A DNA stretch of 63,455 nt, filler included, from Octopus bimaculoides (lineage: Eukaryota): NCBI RefSeq assembly GCF_001194135.2. It is 3 parts of 3 records of this genome, joined end to end, with 100 filler letters (N's around TTAATTAATTAA, not from the genome) between each part and the next. Parts side by side here need not be neighbours in the genome. Positions count along the whole stretch, not along the records: positions 31,211 to 60,738 come from NC_068991.1; positions 60,839 to 63,455 come from NW_026417083.1; 1 more part is not named here. The stretch is one strand, 5' to 3'. Both the position numbers and the translations under genes were made by a program. The notes beneath the pieces were generated by a model. The model ran no database searches. It saw only the letters and a program-made list of their open reading frames with translations, and had not been told where the DNA came from. Each line of letters starts with the position of its first letter. The stretch's first letter is position 1. Positions 53,160-63,455 of the stretch are shown piece by piece.

Positions 53160-53844
53160 GTGCCATGATATGAATTTATTAAATTGTTATTGAAAATAAT
53201 CTGTAATTATGTTTTCAACCTAAACTCATCGAATGTGAAATATTTCAAATAAGTTAGTAATCGCATGTGTGTGTGTGTTCTTTCATAATGAAAACAGACA
53301 AATAAGTGAGAACACATATAAGACAATATTAAAGACACATGGTGGTAGTGGTGGTGTCGGTGGTGGTGAGAGAGAATGAAATAGAGTAAGGGTCAAAGAG
53401 AACAGTCTAAGAAAAAGAAATTATTAACGAATTGAAGACATGAAGAAGAAAACAGCAAATAAATTAAGAAATTATTCCACCAAGCAAATAAAAAGGAAAG
53501 AAAGGAATTGAGAAATGTTTTAACAAAGCCATTAATAAAGAAAACAATGAACGAAAGTCAAAAATAGACGAAGAATAAAAAAAAAAACGAAGAAAAAGGA
53601 GAGAATGAAAGCAAGCAATAAAAGAGAAGAAAAGAATGAAAGAAAAAGCGGAAGGGTAAAGAAAAAGATTTGTTACTTAGTAGGTAAACTTTTATGAGAG
53701 GGATTCTTTTTATAAGTTATTAATCAATATTTCATAAGCTTTATTATGTGTGTGTGTATCTATCCATAAATATACTCGTTTCTTTGTGTTTGTATGTGTA
53801 CGTGTACACATATATAGATAGATTGAAAGAGCGGGGAAGAGAGT

Positions 53845-53878
<34 letters not shown>

Positions 53879-55501
53879 CATATACATATATGTATACGTA
53901 TGAATTGTGTATCTATCTATCAATATACATATATATATATATATGTTTGTATGTATCTCTCCCCCTCTCTCTGTGTATGTGTGTATGTGTGTGCAGGTGC
54001 ATGTTAAAATACAGACGTATTTTAGTAAACAAGCATTTCAATTTTCTCTGTAAAATATAGATGTTGCATTTAAAGCATATTTTTCTCTTTTCATTCGGAA
54101 AATGACTAACTGAATTAAGAAGAATCGGTCAAGCAGCCTCAAAACTAACCAGTTTAATTATTTACTCTCTTGAATGACGGAGTAAAATATCATTCGAAAG
54201 ATACAGTAATGCGTTCCAGTTTCCCGCCGCATTCATCCGTTTATTATCAGTTGTTCCACATGTTCCCTAATCTTACAAGTTTACATTTAAGGTACTGAGG
54301 TATTTTGAATTACAATATTATGATGCATCTTTGCGACTTTTAAGACAGTGGAGCGTGATATAATGAAATTTGATTGCTATTTCTTGCAAGTCGAAAGATG
54401 ACATCTCTCTTTTATTAACCTGTATTACCTATAGTTATTGTTATTGTTCTGATATATTTGGTCATCTAATACAGAAGGCACTACACATAACCTCTGTATT
54501 TTATTTTAACGCTGAATGGGATTCTTTCAGATTAATATCTTCGACCATTGATAGAGAAGATTTGTCATACTCTACCTTGTAGTTTTTGTTCTGTTTCTCT
54601 GAGATGTAAGATCGAACCCGCCCAGGTCAACTTTTTGTTTGAGAGAGGAACCTTGCATGTAACATGTTCATCCATAAAACGTTTGCCGTATGAAACGAAC
54701 ATCTGCTTGATGTCCCTTACAGACCTCCCGCCATTAAAGCTTATGACAGTTTTTACCAGTAGCGTCGTCTTTAGCTTTCTTGAGAAAAACTGTAATTAAA
54801 GTTGATGAATATTATTTCAATTACGATTATAATTTGAAGTAATAACCATCCTCCACTCATTAATCATTTTGCTGTTAGCATTTGTGAACCAATTTATTTT
54901 CCTTATAATTATATATCATCTTATATTCAGGTTAAGATTAATCCATCAATGTATTTAAATGCCACTGCACTACTTTGCATCACGAACAAGCGTGATTGCT
55001 TTCATGTGGTCGCACACTGGCTTTCTAAACATCAACCTAATCTCCCTCAAACCACAGCCTACGGTCTTACCAAATGAGGAAGGACACATTTGATAATGTA
55101 CTGTTAAATATACCATGGTGGTTGTGATGTGTCTATATCGCTCGACAATAAGTTTTCATTTATTCAATGAACAGAATTATCTCCTGAATTAAATTGCAAG
55201 TAACTGTGAATTCCATAGAAGCGTGTACCCTTAACGTGATTCTTAAGCAGAATCAACATAACATATTGTGTGATAACGGTACATCTTTTGAACTACAGAT
55301 ACAATGTACCCAACGGACATGTATACCGTTTACATCTACCCTATCTAATTTACAATATATACATTGGCTCGAGGCTATAGAAAATGATGTGTGCAGAAAA
55401 TGTATTGAAGTGTGATCGGAAGCACAACCTGGTGTTTGCGAAGCGAATTCACCAACCATTTGGCCATAAACCTGTCTAGGGAAAAGAACGAGTTTGAAAC
55501 A

Positions 55502-56256
55502 TTTTTACCCTGCTCGCGTAAGCGAAGCAGGATATTGTAATCATTCGTCTTTGTCTGTCTGTGTTTTTGCAAAATGACTGGAACACGACAGAAGATTTGG
55601 TAGAGATACTCATTAGGTGAGTGGCTCGAAATGAGGAACATTAGGTTTGATTATCTTTAAAAAAAGAGAAAAAATCAAACTTACAAATTTCCCAAGAAAC
55701 AAGTGGTCATTATTTTCTTTCTCATTTCAATCGACCCTCGCCTGAATGTGTATAGATCATGATGCACCTATGCGCGTAGACAAATGTAGGTACACATACA
55801 TACATACATACATATGCGACTGTGTGTGTGTGTGTGCGTGTGTGCGTGTGCGTGTGTGTGTGTGCGTGCGTGCGTGTGTGTGCGTGCGTGTGTACGTGTG
55901 GTGTGTGTGTGTGTACGTGTGGTGTGTGTGTGTGTGTGTATGTGTGTGTGTATACAGTGATGGATTTGAGGGTTCGTTTATTTACGATTTGATTTCTTGA
56001 TTTCACCAGAGTATAGATACCTATAATGGAGATACTTAAGGAAAAAAACAAAAGCCAAAAACACAAACTTACAAATTTCCCGTAAGTGGTCATATTATTT
56101 TGTTCGCTTAATTTTTCACATCAATCGAACCTCGTCTGCATGTGTATAGATCATGGTGTACCTATGCACGTAGACAACTGTGGGTACATACATACATACA
56201 TACATACAAACATACATACATACAAACATACATACATACACACACACACACATACA

Positions 56257-56287
<31 letters not shown>

Positions 56288-56736
56288 GCGAATATGCGTG
56301 TGTGTATATAGTGATGGATTCTAGAGTTTCGTTTATTTACTTGATTTCTTAACTTCACCTGAGTATAAATATCTATAATGGTGATACTTAAAAAAAATCG
56401 AACTTAGAAATTTCCCGATAAGTGGTCATATTATTTCTTTGAGATTCTTTTTCATATCAAACGACCCTCGTCTGCGTGTATAGATCATGGTGTATCTCTG
56501 CGCGTAGATACGTGTGGGTACATACATACATACATACATACAGAGATATGCAACTCTGTGTATGTGTGTGTGCGTGTACACTGATGGATTTTCTTAATTT
56601 CACGGGAGTATCATTACCTATAATAGTGATACTTAAAAGAAATGAATTCAGTTCAACTAAGAAGCATGGGTAAGCCACACTATAATTTGCAAAGCAATTT
56701 GTCTGCGCGAAGGGTATGCATCGCGCCTCCGGTGCC
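55502..56736 (+). mobile_element. Helentron-associated non-autonomous element (HINE/DINE-1-like) with an internal tandem trimer
   Basis: T-run, then TACCC plus hairpin CCTGCTCGC-GTAA-GCGAAGCAGG (55509-55531), then a GTCT microsatellite. The 3' subterminal inverted repeat is CGCGAAGGGTA (56706-56716), followed by stem-loop GCGCC-TCC-GGTGC (56723-56735) and a T-run. Confidence 0.7.
55670..56640 (+). repeat. Three diverged tandem copies of a ~250-390 bp unit, each with an internal TACA/TG microsatellite
   Basis: The blocks aacttacaaatttccc...aagtggtcat...gaccctcg...tatagatcatg...gtagac and gtgatggatt...ctataatggagatacttaa recur at ~55675, ~56065 and ~56400. Confidence 0.9.
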
Positions 56737-57180
56737 TTTTTTTCTTTTCATTTTTGTGGTTATTGACTTGCATCCAAATGTCAACAAGCGGACGAGAGTA
56801 CTACCATGTAGTCAGTTTAAATGTTGTAAACATTAGTATTCTCACCTACAAACCGAAGCATGAGATGTTTCGAGTAAAAAGATAGATTACGTGCTATGCT
56901 TTTAAGCACACCATGTTTGAAGTTAAAAAATGGAATGTGATCGCGTTGATAATAGATCCACTCCATCAGGTCTGACCCCTGATGCTACAGCAATGCCATC
57001 ACTCTCCTTAACCAACTGAAAATATCTCTTGTGTCACTGATTTTAGATATCTGTGGTTATTGCCGTAATTCTGCTTGCCACAAAGCAATCAGCGCACATT
57101 AAAGAGAGACGCTATGCTGTTCAGAGTGTCATTTTGAAATATCGATTTCAAGCAGAGTTAACTCTCTCACACACACACAC

Positions 57181-57244
<64 letters not shown>

Positions 57245-57650
57245 NNNNNNNNNNNNNNNNNNNNNNNNNNNNNNNNNNNNNNNNNNNNNNNNNNNNNNNN
57301 NNNNNNNNNNNNNNNNNNNNNNNNNNNNNNNNNNNNNNNNNNNNNNNNNNNNNNNNNNNNNNNNNNNNNNNNNNNNNNNNNNNNNNNNNNNNNNNNNNNN
57401 NNNNNNNNNNNNNNNNNNNNNNNNNNNNNNNNNNNNNNNNNNNNNNNNNNNNNNNNNNNNNNNNNNNNNNNNNNNNNNNNNNNNNNNNNNNNNNNNNNNN
57501 NNNNNNNNNNNNNNNNNNNNNNNNNNNNNNNNNNNNNNNNNNNNNNNNNNNNNNNNNNNNNNNNNNNNNNNNNNNNNNNNNNNNNNNNNNNNNNNNATAT
57601 ATATATATATATATATATATACATACATACATACATACATATGCATATAT

Positions 57651-58443
57651 AGAAGGTGCGATGGGTAAATTGTTATTATATATTTAATTTCGTGCATGCA
57701 CATAGTTTGTTTTTGAATTTGTCGACTACACAGTATAGTAGCGTCAGATGGGCACCGTATATGAAAAGAAAAAAACCATGATGCAATTGACTCTTCCAGA
57801 AATTTGGAAACGACATTCTGTACTGCTTGGCATTCGCTCCGGAAGCACTAGTACGTATATTTCAGCATCATGGTGCTTGGAGTGATCACTAGTGATGGCG
57901 ATGTTATGCCTCCATTCATCTTCGCGCACAACTTCAGACTCAACACGGAGTGCCTGGAGGAGGTAGTGCTGCCAAGGGTCAAAAGATTGGCTGCTGGAAG
58001 ACACTAAGTCTGTCAACAGGACTCTGCACGATGCCACCCAAGCAGGAGAACTCAGTCATGGCTATCAGACAATTCCTGCGACCACATCACTCCTAACATC
58101 TGGTCACGTAAGTCTCCAGATTGCGACCTTTTGATTATTATGTATGGGGTGCAGTTCAGCGAGAGACCAACAAACTCCTTGTATCACCTGAGATGAACTG
58201 AAGGCAAGGGTTAAGGTAGTATTCACAAACTTAACAAGGAGACCGTCCGTAAGACTTGTCGGAGAATCCGAAGTGGTATGGAGGCTGTGGTTGAAGCCAA
58301 TGGCGATTTTATTGAACAAATTTACTGTTTAGTATTTCAAGATATTTTCATGCAATTTTGGTAAATATATCTGTTAAAATGAGGTGTGAGTGTTATTTTC
58401 ATTTTTGCGTTATTTTACTCAACTGTTCATTAATCGTACCCCC
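57651..58443 (+). mobile_element. Internally deleted maT (DD37D-type) Tc1/mariner-superfamily element
   Basis: N-terminus MMQLTLPEIWKRHSVLLGIRSG is fused to IMVLGVITSDGDVMPPFIF...QQDSARCH...WSRKSPDC..DYYVWGAV...VVEANGDFIE. There are 37 residues between the second and third Asp after correcting a 1-nt frameshift. End coordinates are approximate (weak TIR similarity). Confidence 0.8.
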
Positions 58444-58476
58444 TCTCTCTCTCTCAATCTCTCTCTCTCTCTGTAT

Positions 58477-58507
<31 letters not shown>

Positions 58508-59886
58508 CATATACATATATATACATATACATACATATATATANNNNNNNNNNNNNNNNNNNNNNNNNNNNNNNNNNNNNNNNNNNNNNNNNNNNNNNNN
58601 NNNNNNNNNNNNNNNNNNNNNNNNNTATATATATTTATATATATATATATATACACGTACACACACACATACACAAGTACACAAAATGCCACACATAGTA
58701 GTATACAGATACACGTCATCAACTATCATGTGCCAAAAATTTAGCCAACAACACTTGTTGGTGTTGTTGCCAACAACATGAGACATGTAGGTCATAACAT
58801 ATGTCCCGTTTGAAGCTAATTCATCCACCCCGATCTGTATAAGAAAGAAAAAGAAATATTTAAAAGTCAACGGGAATTGAAAGTAACAAGCTATAATCAT
58901 AAAACGCAAAATCAACGAGGTTATTTGACACGCTCATACACACACTTGTACAACACATGCACTCGCATGTTAAAACATACGCACTTGCACACATACAAAC
59001 AGAGAGAAAGAGACTTCATTTATTTATTTATTTATTTGGCAGTCGGAGAGGACAAATACAGTAAAACGAAAATGTAAGACAAATTGTAACAACGATGAAA
59101 TGTAGAATAAACATTCAACATACAGGCAAAGGAACAAAAGAAAAATAATGGTCTAGTAGCAGTAGCAGCAGCAGTAGTAGTAGTAGTAGTAACAGTAATA
59201 TTGGTAATACTAACAATACAAAAAGCAACAAAATGCACTTGCAGAAAAAAAATTGAAAAACTGTCATTACAGAAGCGTCTAACCTCTAATGATGTTCAAA
59301 TTATAGAGAACTAGCAACAGTTATTTTGTTTCGTAATAAAATACAGTAAGGTATGTTTAGCTTTAAGGACGCTTATGTCAAAGGTTGTTGAGTAATAATG
59401 GTAGATACTTTATTTTATATTCTATTTTTATATTTTTTTTACGTTTATGATTCTGTGATTTTCTTTTTGCTCTGTTTGATTTTCGATGTAAGATAAAATT
59501 ACTCGTATGACGTAGCTGTTATCATCAAATGCAATAACCGTTTTCGAAAAGAGTTGATTTACTCGTAAAACGAAGTGTACATTAATATAATTTGCTTACA
59601 AAACTTTCAACACACATTTTTTCTTCTTCTTGCAGCAACACAAGTAATTTACTCGTATGCTGCTGATGATGATGATGATGATGATGATGATGACGGTGAT
59701 GATGACGACGTCGACGATGATGATGCAAACGATGGCAAAATTGCGAACCAAACAAATGACGATTTACGATTACTACGATTACAGAAACAATGCTGCTTTA
59801 GTATGTTACGCCGATTGTAACTAATAATGATAACGGTGACAGCGTGGATGACGATAATAATAATGCTTACGGTAATAATATTCCTC

Positions 59887-59929
<43 letters not shown>

Positions 59930-60354
59930 NNNNNNNNNNNNNNNNNNNNNNNNNNNNNNNNNNNNNNNNNNNNNNNNNNNNNNNNNNNNNNNNNNNNNNN
60001 NNNNNNNNNNNNNNNNNNNNNNNNNNNNNNNNNNNNNNNNNNNNNNNNNNNNNNNNNNNNNNNNNNNNNNNNNNNNNNNNNNNNNNNNNNNNNNNNNNNN
60101 NNNNNNNNNNNNNNNNNNNNNNNNNNNNNNNNNNNNNNNNNNNNNNNNNNNNNNNNNNNNNNNNNNNNNNNNNNNNNNNNNNNNNNNNNNNNNNNNNNNN
60201 NNNNNNNNNNNNNNNNNNNNNNNNNNNNNNNNNNNNNNNNNNNNNNNNNNNNNNNNNNNNNNNNNNNNNNNNNNNNNNNNNNNNNNNNNNNNNNNNNNNN
60301 NNNNNNNNNNNNNNNNNNNNNAAAAGACGAAGGCAGATGGTGTAGACAACAAAC

Positions 60355-60620
60355 AGATGTATTAGTATAACGCTCGGGAAGTGAATAATTCTTTAACGTT
60401 TCGAGCCTACACTCGTCCACAGAAAGGAACACAAAAAGAAACAAGGAGAGAAAATAAAGAATGTGTAGTGGCTAGCGATCTATCATGGCGAATGCCGGAC
60501 TGAAGGGTCACACAGGAAGGAGGGGGAGATAATAAAGTAGTGGTGCGTATGTATAATAGAGTTTGTATGTGCGTGTGGAAGAGGGCTGGTGATCTTGACG
60601 TGTGCGTGTGTGTATGTGTA
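60355..60620 (-). mobile_element. Probable Penelope-type terminal repeat fragment with hammerhead-like motif
   Basis: Minus strand 60389-60429 reads CTGTGGAC-GAG-TGTAGG-CTC-GAAACGTTA-AAG. Assignment to Penelope is inference, and the extent is approximate. Confidence 0.4.
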
Positions 60621-60738
60621 GGTATGAAAATGTGGGGCTGGGTAGTGGTCAGTGGTGGTGTGTACGTGGTGGTGTAGTGGTGTGTAGTGTAGTGGTGTGT
60701 GGTGTAGTGGTGTGTAGTGTAGTGGTGTGTGGTGTAGT

Positions 60739-60838
60739 NNNNNNNNNNNNNNNNNNNNNNNNNNNNNNNNNNNNNNNNNNNNTTAATTAATTAANNNNNN
60801 NNNNNNNNNNNNNNNNNNNNNNNNNNNNNNNNNNNNNN
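60739..60838. other. Artificial scaffold-join linker (44 N + TTAATTAATTAA + 44 N)
   Basis: Same 100-bp structure as 31111-31210. Confidence 0.92.
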
Positions 60839-60840
60839 AT

Positions 60841-61075
60841 ATATAAAAAATGAATTTTAATTTAACATGTTTCGGTTCTTGTAAAAACAAACCTTATCAA
60901 AACTACATATTTAATAAAATGAAAATTAAATTAAATGAAGAGTTCATAATTGTTCCTTACTGGTGTCACTAGTCGACGTGGGGGCATTTTTTGTTAGTTG
61001 TAGTAGTAGTAGTGTCCCTGTTGGCAATGGTAAATGGCAGTGACCTCTGTCCGTGTCAGTAGTAGTAGTAAATAT
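60841..61075 (-). mobile_element. Inverted Penelope terminal repeat (pLTR-like) with degenerate hammerhead motif
   Basis: The reverse complement shares ACGGACA, GGTCACT and GACACTACTACTAC blocks with the sequence 3' of the ORF (62163-62247). It also contains TTGATAA-GGTT...AACC-GAAA-CATGT-TA at 60859-60904. Confidence 0.6.
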
Positions 61076-62162
61076 CCAGTACAACTGGAAAAGATATCTG
61101 GACGACTGCTTCATTCTCTGGGAAGAAAGCATAGAAAAACTTGAGGAATTTAAAATGATACTAAATGGAATAAATGAAAACATCAAATTTACGACGGAAT
61201 ATAACCAGGAAAAACTACCATTTTTAGATATCCTCATTAAGAAAGTTAGCAACAAAATAGAGACGGATATCTATTATAAACCGACAGACTCTAAGCAGTA
61301 CCTACCATTTGACTCATGCCACCCTAGGCACACGAGAATGAACATCCCTTTCTGTCTAGCCAAAAGGATCTGCACCATAGTATCGGACACTAACACCCAA
61401 CACACACGTCTCCAGGAACTCAGAGCTACACTCAAAAATAGGAATTATCCACAACCCCTAATAGACAATGCAATCCAACGAACACTTAAACTGAATATAG
61501 AGGACCTGCGACAACCAAAACCAAAAGGGGATGAAAAATTAAAAACCCTACCCTACATCTCTACACACAACCCACTTAACAACGAAGCTTTCAATACCAT
61601 ACTCCAAAACACAGTGCTACTCAAGGGAGACCCAAGGATGAATCAAATCCTCCAAACACACACCATCATAAAAAGCAAACGACAGCCAAAATCCTTAAAG
61701 AAGATTTTAACACAGGCTAAACTGCACCCAATGATAACCACAAAACCAACAGTCAAAAAGTGTGGAAGGCCAAACTGCGGAATGTGTACCATCTTAGTGG
61801 AAGGCTCGGAATACATATTAGAACAAGGCCATCATTTCATCATCAGAAAAAACTTCACTTGTGCATCGGAAAACCTAATTTATGTAATAACATGCGCAGG
61901 ATCCAATAGGCAATACATGGGCCATACAAAAGACAGCCTACGAAAAAGAATGGCATTACATAAATCACAAATCAGGAATCCTGAATACAGAATACTACCT
62001 GTCAGCGACCACATAGACAGATGTACACCGAATAAAAATCCAAAGTTTACGACCTTCCCACTTTATCAATTTAATGACAACACAACTTTCACCCAACGTC
62101 AAAACAAAGAGCTCCATTTTGTTAGGAAATTCGAACCAAGTCTAAATACCCTAAACTACTAA
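61053..62162 (+). mobile_element. Penelope-like retroelement, 5'-truncated ORF: RT C-terminal part plus GIY-YIG endonuclease
   Basis: Uninterrupted frame containing RT motif WKRYLDDCF, then LPFLDILI, YYKPTDSKQYL, SCHPRHTRMNIPF, linker KRQPKSLKKILT, Cys motif KCGRPNCGMC and GIY-YIG variant LIYVITC...YMGHT...RKRMALH, ending FEPSLN. The first ~8 codons derive from flanking GTA repeats. Confidence 0.95.
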
Positions 62163-62983
62163 CATTAAAATCATATATTAGTTATTACGGACACTACTAC
62201 TACTACTACTACTACTACTATCAAGGTCACTACTAACAATCACTGCTNNNNNNNNNNNNNNNNNNNNNNNNNNNNNNNNNNNNNNNNNNNNNNNNNNNNN
62301 NNNNNNNNNNNNNNNNNNNNNNNNNNNNNNNNNNNNNNNNNNNNNNNNNNNNNNNNNNNNNNNNNNNNNNNNNNNNNNNNNNNNNNNNNNNNNNNNNNNN
62401 NNNNNNNNNNNNNNNNNNNNNNNNNNNNNNNNNNNNNNNNNNNNNNNNNNNNNNNNNNNNNNNNNNNNNNNNNNNNNNNNNNNNNNNNNNNNNNNNNNNN
62501 NNNNNNNNNNNNNNNNNNNNNNNNNNNNNNNNNNNNNNNNNNNNNNNNNNNNNNNNNNNNNNNNNNNNNNNNNNNNNNNNNNNNNNNNNNNNNNNNNNNN
62601 NNNNNNNNNNNNNNNNNNNNNNNNNNNNNNNNNNNNNNNNNNNNNNNNNNNNNNNNNNNNNNNNNNNNNNNNNNNNNNNNNNNNNNNNNNNNNNNNNNNN
62701 NNNNNNNNNNNNNNNNNNNNNNNNNNNNNNNNNNNNNNNNNNNNNNNNNNNNNNNNNNNNNNNNNNNNNNNNNNNNNNNNNNNNNNNNNNNNNNNNNNNN
62801 NNNNNNNNNNNNNNNNNNNNNNNNNNNNNNNNNNNNNNNNNNNNNNNNNNNNNNNNNNNNNNNNNNNNNNNNNNNNNNNNNNNNNNNNNNNNNNNNNNNN
62901 NNNNNNNNNNNNNNNNNNNNNNNNNNNNNNNNNNNNNNNNNNNNNNNNNNNNNNNNNNNNNNNNNNNNNNNNNNNNNNNNNNN

Positions 62984-63093
62984 GTGTTAGAGTTAGGTTT
63001 AGGGTTAGGGTCAGGGTTAAGGTTAGGGTTAGGGTCAGGGTTACGGTCAGGGTTAGGGTTAGGGTTAGGGTTAGGGTTTGAGTTAGGGTCAGG
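62984..63093 (+). repeat. Interstitial telomere-like (TTAGGG)n tract with variant units (TCAGGG, TTAAGG, TTACGG)
   Basis: Directly visible; about 18 hexamers, followed by non-telomeric sequence. Confidence 0.85.
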
Positions 63094-63455
63094 TTTACCC
63101 TGTGGATCTATATAAAAACCAGGGGGGGGGGGGAATCGAAATTTTGAAATTGAGATTTTTGAAAAATTTTTTTCAGAATCGGAATCTCCATAGCCTAAAA
63201 CGTGGGATTCCGTAAAAAAAACAAACAAAAAACAAGGGGAGAAAGGTTCAGATTACATATAGTCCATCTGGACCACATATGTACATACATACACGGAGAC
63301 ACATATACATACATACATATGTAGACTATCGAAAATTGACGTAGCGTGTACGCGGACCATCGAAACTTGAAACCGTTGTGCATTTAGACCACTTAGCAAC
63401 AACACCTATAGATATACATGTGATTGTACGTGTGTGTGTGTGTGTGTGTGTGTGT

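Noticed and set aside
62984-63093. True chromosome end
   Set aside because: The tract is short and degenerate, with ordinary sequence continuing 3' of the G-rich strand.

Overview
AT-rich, microsatellite-dense eukaryotic scaffold with about 24 N gaps (roughly 14% of the window), most flanked by simple repeats. The tRNA-derived SINE families, Dong/R4 and RTE LINE fragments and CA/TA/AAT microsatellite load point to an octopus (cephalopod) genome; this is an inference from recalled repeat consensus, not a search. The only host gene I can support is two spliced + strand exons of an ENPP6-like nucleotide pyrophosphatase/phosphodiesterase (26775-26923, 27301-27466). Everything else recognisable is mobile or repetitive DNA: Penelope-like retroelements (one with an open ~360-codon RT C-terminus plus GIY-YIG frame), a degenerate piggyBac, two mariners, a maT/DD37D element, a Tc1 fragment, a foldback-type MULE, two Helentron-associated (HINE/DINE-1-like) elements, Dong/R4 and RTE fragments, many SINEs and an interstitial telomere-like tract. 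The most interesting signal is a set of minimal type I hammerhead-ribozyme-like motifs. One sits in a 321-nt direct-repeat unit (retrozyme-like, 39497-39925); the others sit in Penelope terminal-repeat remnants (48738, 48799, 49134, 60389, 60859). Almost all ORFs in the supplied track are microsatellite or N-gap artefacts.
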